Of a DNA stretch of 64,000 nt, positions 29,417 to 37,962 are shown one piece after another. Numbering within the stretch: the first letter of the stretch is position 1; each line of letters opens with the position of its first letter. The position numbers and the translations under genes are program-made. This DNA comes from Candidatus Thorarchaeota archaeon (GTDB taxonomy: Archaea > Asgardarchaeota > Thorarchaeia > Thorarchaeales > Thorarchaeaceae). Where the stretch lies: contig JBHLRS010000005.1 in the NCBI GenBank assembly GCA_048882325.1, positions 32,001 through 96,000 on the forward strand. Reading direction: 5' to 3'. The notes under the pieces are model-generated. The model did no database searches. It was not told the DNA's origin and was given only the letters and a program-made list of their open reading frames with translations.

Positions 29417-31870
29417 ATGAAGAAACTGACATCAGGAGAAATCCGGGTTCGTTGTGATGATAGGGAGTTTGCATGCAGAACTAGTGCGGAGCTTTTCCCC
29501 CTAGATAATATCGTTGGGCAGAAGCGTGCTCTTGAATCGTTGCGATTCGGACTAATGATAAAGGACAAAGGATTCAATGTCTACGTTGCTGGTATTCCAG
29601 GAACTGGTCGTACAACTGCAGTTTCAAAATTCCTTCAAAATCTTGCAACAAAAGAATCTAACGCATCAGATTGGTGTTATGTAACCAATTTCGAGGACCA
29701 GTATCACCCACGAGCTCTTGAGCTGCCATCAAGCAGAGGGTTGCAATTAGAGCAGCAAATGGAGAGTTTCATTGAACTTGCTCAAATAACGCTTTCTGAG
29801 ATGCTAGAAAGTGAGGAATATATCATACAGCGAGATGAGCTTTTGAGGATTTTCAAAGACAAACAGCAGGAAATAAGCAATCAAATGGAAGATGAAGCCA
29901 AAAGACACGGGTTTGTATTGCAAGGTTCTAAGACTCGATTACTCCTGCTACCACTAATCAATGGTGAGCCTCTCAATCCTGAAACAGACACTCACCTGCC
30001 CAAGGAAATCCGGGACAAAATCGCAGAAAATCGCAAAGTTGTGGAAAAGCAAATGGGAGTGTTTTTCCGTCAATTACGTCTTATTGAACGTGAACTTCGT
30101 GCTGCTCTTCAGAATAAAGAACGTGATGCTGTGCTTTATGCCCTCTCTCCACTTATTGATGACCTTAAGGAGAAGTTCAGGGATTTGCCAAAGGTTACGC
30201 AATGGTTTCAGGACGTTGCGGAGGATATCACCGAACATCTTCAAGAATTCATCGGACTCTCAGAAATTGATTCATCAGATGAGCTGAATTTATCGCAAAC
30301 GGGATCAATTCTACAGGAAGAATTCACTCATAGATATAAAGTAAATCTGTTTGTTGATAATTTGGGAGCGGATGGCGCTCCTGTTGTTATCCTTGCAAAT
30401 CCTTCTTATAACAATCTATTTGGCATTATTGAGAAAGAACCACGATATGGCGGACTTAGAACAGATTTTTCTATGATTCGCCCAGGGGCCCTTCACAAGG
30501 CAAATGGTGGATATCTAGTGGTTCCTGCAATGGAACTTCTAACTTCTCCACATGTATATCAATCTTTGAAGAGAGCACTTGAACATGGCGAGATAGTCAT
30601 CGAGGAACCTCAGGAATCAGTCAGCTTCTTTACTGTGAAGAGTTTACGTCCTGAACCAATCCCATTGGACCTCCAAGTAATTCTAATTGGTGAGGAAGAG
30701 ATTTACCGAGAGCTATACAATAAGGATCCCGAATTTCGTCAACTTTTCAAGGTAAAGGCAGAATTTGATATTTCGATGGATCGCACACCTGAAAACATCC
30801 ATGTATTCGGCTCGTTCATTTGTATGATTCATACAAAGGAAGGTCTGAGACCTTTGAAAGCGGAAGCTATAGCAGAAGTAATCGATTATAGCTCTCGTCT
30901 AGCAGAAAGTCAAAATAAACTCTCTATAAGATTCGACATAATAACTGACATCATACGCGAAGCAAACTTCTATGCGAGCGAAGAGAAAAGTGTCACGATA
31001 GAAAGAGATCATATCAAAAAAGCCATCCGTCAAAGAATATACCGATTGAATCTTTACTCTGAGAAGGTTCGTGAGCTTATTAAGAAGAATATAATTTTTA
31101 TCGATCTTGATGGGGAAACTGTAGGACAAGTAAATGGACTTTCGGTAGTCTCTCTTGCAGGTCATGCTTTTGGACAAACATCTCGAGTTACAGCTAGTAT
31201 ATCACCTGGACACCAAGTTGTAATAGATATTGAACGTGAATCCAATCTTGGTGGTCCGATTCATACAAAAGGAGTACTCATACTTGGGGGATATCTAGCT
31301 AATCGATATGGAAGAGAAAAACCGCTTAGTCTTTCAGCGCGGGTTGTTTTTGAGCAGAGTTATGGAGGTGTTGAGGGAGATAGTGCAAGTAGCACGGAAC
31401 TGTATGCGATTTTATCTGCTCTTTCAGGTATACCCATTCAACAGAGATTTGCTGTAACTGGCTCTGTCGATCAACATGGAAGAATACAAGCTGTGGGAGG
31501 AATTAATGAAAAGATTGAAGGATTTTACGAACTTTGCAAAGCAAAAGGTTTGACAGGACATCAAGGAGTCTTGATACCGAAAGCCAATATTCAGAATTTA
31601 ATGGTATCAGATGAAGTAGTCGAAGCTGTCAGAGCAGATTCATTCCATATTTATGCAATAGAAAATGTGGACGAAGGCATTGAATTGCTGACGGGTGTAC
31701 CAGCAGGTAGAATTCAAGAGAATGGCAATTATTTGCCAGGATCAATTAATGCAGTGGTGGATGAGTTTCTAGTTCGAATGGCTAGAATTATGGAAAAGTA
31801 TTATTCAACTGAAAATCACAACAAACAAGAAATCTCTACAATACCCCAAGTGACGTCCTCTGGAGTGTGA
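29417..31870 (+). CDS. Lon-family protease, LonC-like (long coiled-coil insertion, no TM)
   Basis: GQKRA, Walker-A-like GIPGTGRT, PGALHKANGGYL, GQVNGL, FEQSYGGVEGDSAS (catalytic Ser), EKIEGF (catalytic Lys). Confidence 0.92.
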   Translation: MKKLTSGEIRVRCDDREFACRTSAELFPLDNIVGQKRALESLRFGLMIKDKGFNVYVAGIPGTGRTTAVSKFLQNLATKESNASDWCYVTNFEDQYHPRALELPSSRGLQLEQQMESFIELAQITLSEMLESEEYIIQRDELLRIFKDKQQEISNQMEDEAKRHGFVLQGSKTRLLLLPLINGEPLNPETDTHLPKEIRDKIAENRKVVEKQMGVFFRQLRLIERELRAALQNKERDAVLYALSPLIDDLKEKFRDLPKVTQWFQDVAEDITEHLQEFIGLSEIDSSDELNLSQTGSILQEEFTHRYKVNLFVDNLGADGAPVVILANPSYNNLFGIIEKEPRYGGLRTDFSMIRPGALHKANGGYLVVPAMELLTSPHVYQSLKRALEHGEIVIEEPQESVSFFTVKSLRPEPIPLDLQVILIGEEEIYRELYNKDPEFRQLFKVKAEFDISMDRTPENIHVFGSFICMIHTKEGLRPLKAEAIAEVIDYSSRLAESQNKLSIRFDIITDIIREANFYASEEKSVTIERDHIKKAIRQRIYRLNLYSEKVRELIKKNIIFIDLDGETVGQVNGLSVVSLAGHAFGQTSRVTASISPGHQVVIDIERESNLGGPIHTKGVLILGGYLANRYGREKPLSLSARVVFEQSYGGVEGDSASSTELYAILSALSGIPIQQRFAVTGSVDQHGRIQAVGGINEKIEGFYELCKAKGLTGHQGVLIPKANIQNLMVSDEVVEAVRADSFHIYAIENVDEGIELLTGVPAGRIQENGNYLPGSINAVVDEFLVRMARIMEKYYSTENHNKQEISTIPQVTSSGV

Positions 31871-32766
31871 TTAGTATGACCAAGCAAAATTACATAAAGA
31901 ATCTGGAGGGATTGACCAAATCTATTTCCTTAAGAACAATAATAGCCCCATTAGAACCTCAGGTAGTAAAGTCAGAAATAGTACAAACTAAGCAATTCAT
32001 AAATTCCGACAGCATCATAGAGTTTCTAGAAAATCGTACATACTTACCTGAGTTTGATTATATTGGTTATGAAGTAAACACTGTTGATCGTATTAACGCA
32101 GTATATTTGATGATAAATCCAGACCCTTTGAATCTTAATTATGTACCAAAAAACAGCCTTGTTATTTGTCATCACAAAATATCTACACACAATAATCGTA
32201 TCTACGAAAAAATGCTTGACCATGCAAGAGATTCAAACTTCAACATTTACAATTTCCATCTTGGGTGGGACATTATGGAAGATGGAATCACAGATTCATT
32301 TCTATTTGACTTTGGGTTAGCTCATCACGATTTCGAAAAAGTTGATCTTACATATCGAGGTCATCTAATTCCTCATCTAGGAGCTATTTTCAAAAAAAGA
32401 TTAACAATGGAGGACATAATCAATAGACTTTACATGATGAATGTCCAGCCATCAATTATCATTAATCCACAATGCAAGGTGTCCAAGATTGGATATATAC
32501 CTGGTGGTGGTTTTGTTGATGATATGGTCCTAGAGATGGCGGATTTAGGTGTCGATGTTCTCATTTCATCAGACCATAATTGGGTTGTTGAAACTGTTGC
32601 TAGAGAAGTAGGTATGACCCTAATTGAAATTGACCATTATCGCAGTGAACGCCATGGTTTGCGAACAATGAAGACCCTTCTTGAGAACTCATTTTCAAAC
32701 ATATCCATCAATATCCTAGAGAATGTTGATGGAATGAGACGAGCCCCATGCGATTGTAATTCTTGA
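31867..32766 (+). CDS. NIF3/YbgI-like dinuclear metal-binding protein (divergent)
   Basis: ICHH, YNFHLGWD, PGGG, ISSD, IDHYRSE match NIF3 metal ligands; GTGA overlap with the Lon gene. Confidence 0.7.
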   Translation: MISMTKQNYIKNLEGLTKSISLRTIIAPLEPQVVKSEIVQTKQFINSDSIIEFLENRTYLPEFDYIGYEVNTVDRINAVYLMINPDPLNLNYVPKNSLVICHHKISTHNNRIYEKMLDHARDSNFNIYNFHLGWDIMEDGITDSFLFDFGLAHHDFEKVDLTYRGHLIPHLGAIFKKRLTMEDIINRLYMMNVQPSIIINPQCKVSKIGYIPGGGFVDDMVLEMADLGVDVLISSDHNWVVETVAREVGMTLIEIDHYRSERHGLRTMKTLLENSFSNISINILENVDGMRRAPCDCNS

Positions 32767-32861
32767 GGAATGATCATCCAAGAAGAACTCTTGTTGCATA
32801 CTAGCTTAAGCACACCACTTCTATGATCGTTTCTTCAATTTACTCATTTTTAAACCATCTT

Positions 32862-33749
32862 TCATTGAACTCTCCGAGCCCGAACAAGCTCTACATTGAC
32901 AACAATGTGGCCAGGGTTAGAACGTTCTTGAATCCTGGTTTTAATGTAAAAGAGTAAAATCAAAGAGATATATCCAACATATGCAATGACCTCAATGGCT
33001 GAAGGGTTCCCATTGTAACCGAATAGAGCTTTTGCAAGTCCACCAATGAGACCATTCTCATGCAGAAGTGGATAACTGCCATCTGGGAATAATGGAGGAT
33101 TGATGTTCCAAAGTTCACTTGGACCTAATGCCAAGAAACCTATTTCTTGAAGCTCATGAATACCATAAGCAATCATTCCAGCGGCGAATAATACCAAAAG
33201 GATAGAAGTTGAATTGAAGAATGATTTTAGACTGACTCGCAATGAGCCTTGATAAATTCCCAATCCGACAAAGAATGCGAATATTAATCCCAAAGCAGCT
33301 GCAATGAAAGTTGTATATCCTTCTTGAATTGCTAAGGCAACTATGAACAGGACTAACTCGACACCCTCCCGCAAAACAAGAGCAAAAGCAAGAATCGGTA
33401 GACTGAGATTTCCTCCCACAGCCCTCTCCTCAACCGATTGTTTGATTTCAGTGGTTAGGTTTGTACTCGCCTTTCTCATCCAGAATATCATAGATGTCAA
33501 GAGGATCGCAGCAAATAACACAACTGACCCCTCAAAGACCTCCAGCATTGGTCCTTCAAATGACCCCCATATCACCACCAGCACTGAAGCTAATCCAATA
33601 CTCGTGATTATTGCAAGTAATGTGCCGCTGATGATACTGCGATTCAATTTCTCTCTGCCAGTCTTGCGTAGATAAGAGAACATTATTGCAATGACAAGGG
33701 CAGCTTCAATACCCTCACGCAATGAAACAATGAATGGTGCAATGACCAT
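32862..33749 (-). CDS. FTR1-family iron/lead permease
   Basis: Two REGxE motifs (REGIE, REGVE), HELQE, 7 TM. Confidence 0.93.
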   Translation of the reverse strand: MVIAPFIVSLREGIEAALVIAIMFSYLRKTGREKLNRSIISGTLLAIITSIGLASVLVVIWGSFEGPMLEVFEGSVVLFAAILLTSMIFWMRKASTNLTTEIKQSVEERAVGGNLSLPILAFALVLREGVELVLFIVALAIQEGYTTFIAAALGLIFAFFVGLGIYQGSLRVSLKSFFNSTSILLVLFAAGMIAYGIHELQEIGFLALGPSELWNINPPLFPDGSYPLLHENGLIGGLAKALFGYNGNPSAIEVIAYVGYISLILLFYIKTRIQERSNPGHIVVNVELVRARRVQ

Positions 33750-33763
33750 TATAGAATCCCCCC

Positions 33764-33907
33764 ATCATGGATTGATTCGTTTCGTCTAGCAGAGATTTTA
33801 TTCAGATAATGCAACATTACATATTGTCTTTGGTGCTTCCCTGGTCTACGGATAAACAATCTATAAGGTTCATTGATCTCCTCCTTTTGATCCAATACTA
33901 TGCTCAT
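33764..33907 (-). CDS. Possible 47-aa small protein between the ubiquitin-like gene and FTR1
   Basis: ATG 3 nt after the upstream stop; MSIVLDQKEEINEPYRLFIRRPGKHQRQYVMLHYLNKISARRNESIP fills the gap; no motif. Confidence 0.3.
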
Positions 33908-33910
33908 GAT

Positions 33911-34342
33911 TCAACCTCCTCCTATAGCAACCATAAACACAATTGTGTCACCTTCATTGAGTATTCTTTTCATTGATTCTTTAGAATCGAGTTCCATTTT
34001 TAGTTTCCAACCTGTTATGATTATTTTACCATTGACTATGATGATTGTTTCATTACTGAGGATTGGGTTTTTCTTCTCATCTAGATACGCATCCATTGAA
34101 TCACCAAACACACTCATCAGCTGACCAATCAGATCAGTGAGTGAAGTTCCTTCTTGAATTTGAAATTGAAATTTGTTGTAGTTTGATTCTCTAAGTCCCT
34201 TATTCAACAGCTTGATGAAAACTTGAATCACTGAGTTTTCCCTCTTCGACAGTTGTTGCCAAGAAGACAACTTTGACATGTAGGAAATTTCCGAGAGTAT
34301 CATTCTGTAGAATTCCTTCTTTGATATGCATCTCTTAACCAC
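33911..34342 (-). CDS. MoaD/ThiS/SAMP-type ubiquitin-like protein (start possibly GTG at 34231)
   Basis: IIIVNG...LNEGDTIVFMVAIGGG beta-grasp C-terminus with di-glycine. Confidence 0.85.
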   Translation of the reverse strand: MVKRCISKKEFYRMILSEISYMSKLSSWQQLSKRENSVIQVFIKLLNKGLRESNYNKFQFQIQEGTSLTDLIGQLMSVFGDSMDAYLDEKKNPILSNETIIIVNGKIIITGWKLKMELDSKESMKRILNEGDTIVFMVAIGGG

Positions 34343-34517
34343 AACAACCTCGTCGGCGCATTGATACTAATCTACGCTGTGAATAGAAATATGGGGAATC
34401 ATCAAACCTTGTTTTGCATGACTGCTTGCAAAAATAGTATCTCTGTCCCATATAATCAGAATAAAATTCTGTTACTTTTTCGTTTACCTCTAATCCACAA
34501 ACTGGATCGTTTACCAT
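34335..34517 (-). CDS. YHS/TRASH domain protein with GCCG tail
   Basis: DPVCGL...YYFCKQSC...F...P; C-terminal RRRGCCG; AGGTGA RBS. Confidence 0.88.
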   Translation of the reverse strand: MVNDPVCGLEVNEKVTEFYSDYMGQRYYFCKQSCKTRFDDSPYFYSQRRLVSMRRRGCCG

Positions 34518-34628
34518 CGTTAAATCACCTTCAGTTCCGGTTTTACGCTTTTGGCTCTAATATTCAAGATGTTGGTGAACGAGTATCTCTATCCAATAGA
34601 CCAATTGTTCACCAAATCTCCAGATTGT

Positions 34629-34717
34629 ATATTACCACAAGGATATATCGGAACTGTATTATTAAAGGCGCTCGGATATATAAATATATCGGTCAAGATA
34701 TATCCATTATGATATAT
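34629..34717. promoter_or_regulatory. Operator cluster upstream of the YHS-Ubl-FTR1 operon
   Basis: ATATATC ggtcaa GATATAT (34684-34703), ATATATC cattat GATATAT (34698-34717); degenerate pair at 34629-34662. Confidence 0.72.
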
Positions 34718-34735
34718 ATTGGTGTTTGCCATTTG

Positions 34736-34771
34736 AAAGAAAAAAGAGAGGAGAAGTGGGAATCTTCTCCT
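34736..34771 (-). terminator. Hairpin plus U-tract downstream of the third YHS gene
   Basis: AGGAGAAG (34749-34756) / CTTCTCCT (34764-34771); the minus strand continues CTCTTTTTTCTTT. Confidence 0.55.
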
Positions 34772-34812
34772 GCCCGCATAAGAATTGTACAGGATTCCTT
34801 AGGCTACTCTTC

Positions 34813-34965
34813 CTATTCTCGAATTCCCACTTCTAAGTTAAATTTCTCTGGATTGGCGTCGAACATCTTTTTATGCTCTTCATTCATAAAATAGTATGTT
34901 TTCCCCTTGTAAACGGATTTGATATGGGGTTTACCCATCATTCCACAAACAGGACATTTTGCCAT
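34813..34965 (-). CDS. YHS/TRASH domain protein, Met/His variant (50 aa)
   Basis: MAKCPVCGMMGKPHIKSVYKGKTYYFMNEEHKKMFDANPEKF...; AGGTGA RBS before the ATG at 34965 (the track ORF over-extends to 35118). Confidence 0.85.
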   Translation of the reverse strand: MAKCPVCGMMGKPHIKSVYKGKTYYFMNEEHKKMFDANPEKFNLEVGIRE

Positions 34966-35078
34966 TTTTGTCACCTTTTTTCCCGATTGTATATTCCTAT
35001 TAGATCGTTCATTTGACTCTCCAGAAACACCCCGAATAAATGGAGAAACGGAGACTCCAATGAAACACTCGATTATAT

Positions 35079-35167
35079 TTATATCCATAGGGATATATCG
35101 AGATTGACCTATAATCACATCATTGTAATATAAATCTATCGCTTTCGATATATCTACGTAGATTTAT
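35079..35167. promoter_or_regulatory. Two pairs of overlapping operator copies upstream of the third YHS gene
   Basis: TTATATC catagg GATATAT (35079-35098), ATATATC gagatt GACCTAT (35093-35112), ATCTATC gctttc GATATAT (35134-35153), ATATATC tacgta GATTTAT (35148-35167). Confidence 0.7.
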
Positions 35168-35272
35168 CAATCAAATTTAAGCAAATAAAATTGCGATGAA
35201 TAGCAGTTTCTGTTCGCCCAGATAATTTAGACTCACCTCTCCGTGAGAATCAGCTGTTGTTTCAGAGTGATA

Positions 35273-35959
35273 TCATCCCATGTAGATGCCTGTTTCTTCG
35301 CCTTTTAGGGCTTCAGTCATCATACGCATGAGTTCATGAAAAGTATCCTGGATGTTCTCTCCAGTCTTTGCGGAGGTCTCTCGAAAGATGGCAGGAACCT
35401 CTAATTTCTTGATGAAGTACTCACAGAAGGCTTGACCCTCTTCAGTTGTGACGAATTTGGACTTGTCATTGCTCTTGCGAAGGTCAATCTTGTTCCCAAT
35501 GATCACGGTTGGTGGTAGTGGACCCATGTTCTTGTATGCCTCGACCAACCACTTACTTGCATTATCGAATGTCTCTCTGTCAATCACTGAATAGACCAGT
35601 AGTATTCCGTTGCATCCACTGTAGTAATGTCCTCTGACCTTCTCGAAGGTCGGTTGACCTGCGAGGTCCCAAATAATGAATTTGACCACATCTTGCTCGA
35701 AGAGCACTCGCTTCGTAGCGAGGTCAACGCCAATTGTTGCAAGATGTCCCTCGATGAAGTCTTCGCCCAAATAGTTGCGGCGTATGCTAGTCTTACCTAC
35801 GGCTCCGTCACCGATCAAAACAGCTTTCATGATTTTGCTGCCATCATCTTGGTCACGCATGGTGTTTTTCTCCTGAAGCACATGTCCGCATTCTCGTGTG
35901 ATGTAGTCAGGTGGCCCTCCCGTGTTACTTGACCACAGAAGAATCACAGCTTTACCCAA
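35273..35959 (-). CDS. Rab-like small GTPase (start probably 35860)
   Basis: GDGAVGKT, TIGVDL, WDLAGQ, NKID, ETSAK. Confidence 0.93.
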   Translation of the reverse strand: MGKAVILLWSSNTGGPPDYITRECGHVLQEKNTMRDQDDGSKIMKAVLIGDGAVGKTSIRRNYLGEDFIEGHLATIGVDLATKRVLFEQDVVKFIIWDLAGQPTFEKVRGHYYSGCNGILLVYSVIDRETFDNASKWLVEAYKNMGPLPPTVIIGNKIDLRKSNDKSKFVTTEEGQAFCEYFIKKLEVPAIFRETSAKTGENIQDTFHELMRMMTEALKGEETGIYMG

Positions 35960-36030
35960 AATAAAGTTGGTGATAGATTATCAAAAAGGAATCTAATGAT
36001 TACAAATCATGTATTTTACTTACCAAAGAG

Positions 36031-36621
36031 TCAAATTTTGAAATCAGATTTACTCTTAGACCACCAGTTTTTCCACTCTTGCTTCATCTTCTGACGACCA
36101 GGCTCATGTATCCCTCCTACGAATGTCGGACCGGGATTACCTAAAGCACGACGCAGTAGAACGATTTGACCCATATGACCTGTATAATGAAGCGCGATTC
36201 GCTGAATGCTCTGTAGGAGGGTTTCATCGAGATCTGGGAAGATTATCTTCCCAAAATCCTCATCATTCAGTGTTTGAAGATATGAAAAACTAGATTCGGA
36301 GATCTTTAGATATTCATCAATGAGATCTTCAAAGGTCAAAGGTGCCGCAGTTGCAGAGATCTCTTCCTTCGTTGTTCCATATCTGAAATATTGAGAAACA
36401 CCATCCGAGATCATATCATCCTGTTGGCAAGTACTGCAAAGAACCATGTGAAAATGCGCAAAGCAGTGACCAAGTATCCACATGATACTGTTGAATTCAG
36501 GATGTGCCTGTTTGTATACATCATCCGGTCGAACCTTGAGGAATGAGAATAGCAGGTTTGTTTCAGCAGTCTCAAGGAGACTGATTGCGATAGATTTGGA
36601 TCCGTGAGTCATATGATACAC
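36031..36621 (-). CDS. DinB/YfiT family protein
   Basis: NSIMWILGH...H and HYTGHMGQI..LRR.LG motifs. Confidence 0.85.
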   Translation of the reverse strand: MYHMTHGSKSIAISLLETAETNLLFSFLKVRPDDVYKQAHPEFNSIMWILGHCFAHFHMVLCSTCQQDDMISDGVSQYFRYGTTKEEISATAAPLTFEDLIDEYLKISESSFSYLQTLNDEDFGKIIFPDLDETLLQSIQRIALHYTGHMGQIVLLRRALGNPGPTFVGGIHEPGRQKMKQEWKNWWSKSKSDFKI

Positions 36622-36707
36622 CGCTGGTTAGACCAAACAACATCCCAGCTTAATCATTCTTCCCAACAGAGTAAATCCGATTAGATAAAAAGGAGGGAAA
36701 GTTCTCA

Positions 36708-37148
36708 GTGTTCAAAGGGAGACCCATGAAGAACCAGACACCTTTCGCCCTATGCATAATCGGAGGAATCTTCCTGATTGTTACTGGGTATAATCATGGA
36801 ATCAGCACCCTTTTCCTAATCTATGCAGTTGTCCACACTATTGCTGCGTTAGCACCGTTCTACTTCATCGTAGATACAATCCTGATAGTTCTTGGTCTGA
36901 TAGCATGGACGGGTGGGTATGCAGTCCTTATTGGAGGATACCTACTTACTACATCACATGTGCGGCTCGGGAAGTTCCTCATCATGATAGCTGCAGGATT
37001 TGGCCTCATCAGCTTTATTCTCACAATTCTGTGGTTCTTTATCGTAGGTGGATGGTTGGGAATTTTGTTCCTTACATGGCTAATTCTAAACACAATATGG
37101 GCACTCGGACTTGTATTGACCATCATTGCCAGAAGCATGGCAAAATAA
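36708..37148 (+). CDS. Small four-TM membrane protein
   Basis: Four hydrophobic segments. Confidence 0.7.
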   Translation: MFKGRPMKNQTPFALCIIGGIFLIVTGYNHGISTLFLIYAVVHTIAALAPFYFIVDTILIVLGLIAWTGGYAVLIGGYLLTTSHVRLGKFLIMIAAGFGLISFILTILWFFIVGGWLGILFLTWLILNTIWALGLVLTIIARSMAK

Positions 37149-37150
37149 GA

Positions 37151-37849
37151 CTACCACTCCACGAGGTCAGGGAGTGTCCTAGCAGTAGTAATGGCTCCCA
37201 GAGCTTCCTTTGGGAGTGGAGCAATCCCATCGAACCTAGTCTGTTCAACAAACTCCTGAGTTATCCGAAGGAGATCCTCCTGCGAAACATTTCTCAATTT
37301 CTCTAAAGTGTCAAAACCTGCATCATAATACAAACGGGCCCGAATTGCCTTTAGACCCTGAATCCGTGCTAGATCCGAGAGCTTGACCAGTTCTTCAATG
37401 ACTTCTATGTTCAATCCTGATTTGGCGGCTAATGACCCTCGCATTTCCGGAGTCTTCCCAACCTCAAGCATTTTGGCTACATCAGTAACACCGAGTGCAG
37501 CAAGTGCAGCAGAATGTTCAGGTAAAATCCCCCTGAAGTCCTTTAGTTTGAATGGTTTCCGTTTCTTCTTCACATTTTGTTTTCGGATACTATTAGCTAC
37601 TCGAAGAAGATCATCACGCTTCATGAATGTGAAGTAATAGCTAAGACTCCATAGGAACTTGGAAGTCCTCTTTGGTTCTAAATACTCGGAGATGAACATG
37701 TCCAACTCCGACACAGATACCTTGTCCAAGGAACTGCTATTCTTCTCAAGATACTTTTCGAATTCACCTGCAGCTTCAAGACAGCTAGTAGTTGTAGTCG
37801 CGGACTTCCTTTTCTTCTTCATAAACGTCCTGAAACCTTCTCCATCCAA
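37151..37849 (-). CDS. DUF4332-like HhH protein with N-terminal integrase SAM-like helical domain
   Basis: LVKLSDLARIQGLKAIRARLYYDAG.DTLEKL pattern; N-terminal FEKYL...ELDMFI...YYF.F. Confidence 0.7.
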   Translation of the reverse strand: MDGEGFRTFMKKKRKSATTTTSCLEAAGEFEKYLEKNSSSLDKVSVSELDMFISEYLEPKRTSKFLWSLSYYFTFMKRDDLLRVANSIRKQNVKKKRKPFKLKDFRGILPEHSAALAALGVTDVAKMLEVGKTPEMRGSLAAKSGLNIEVIEELVKLSDLARIQGLKAIRARLYYDAGFDTLEKLRNVSQEDLLRITQEFVEQTRFDGIAPLPKEALGAITTARTLPDLVEW

Positions 37850-37962
37850 GATTCTTCAACCTCCGCGGAGTATGTTCATTGATGAAGAATAGGTTTCTGG
37901 TCAAATTTATTCTCATAAATTCCGAGAGACTGAAATATACTCAGGATGGTGACTTAGTTTGA

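Noticed and set aside
34361-34894. 177-aa plus-strand track ORF
   Set aside because: Antisense to two YHS genes and spans operator arrays; likely spurious
28203-35167. Repeated palindromes as a CRISPR array
   Set aside because: Copies are short, overlapping and confined to promoters, with no 30-40 nt spacers and no cas genes
28832-35271. Possible mobile-element ends around the metal locus (AGCAGTTTC direct repeat at 28832/35202; ATCACTCTGA inverted repeat at 28875/35262)
   Set aside because: Matches of 9-10 bp can arise by chance, they are not consistently placed, and there is no transposase, integrase or tRNA target
37151-37849. Integrase suggested by the SAM-like N-terminal domain
   Set aside because: No tyrosine-recombinase catalytic domain (R-H-R-Y) follows
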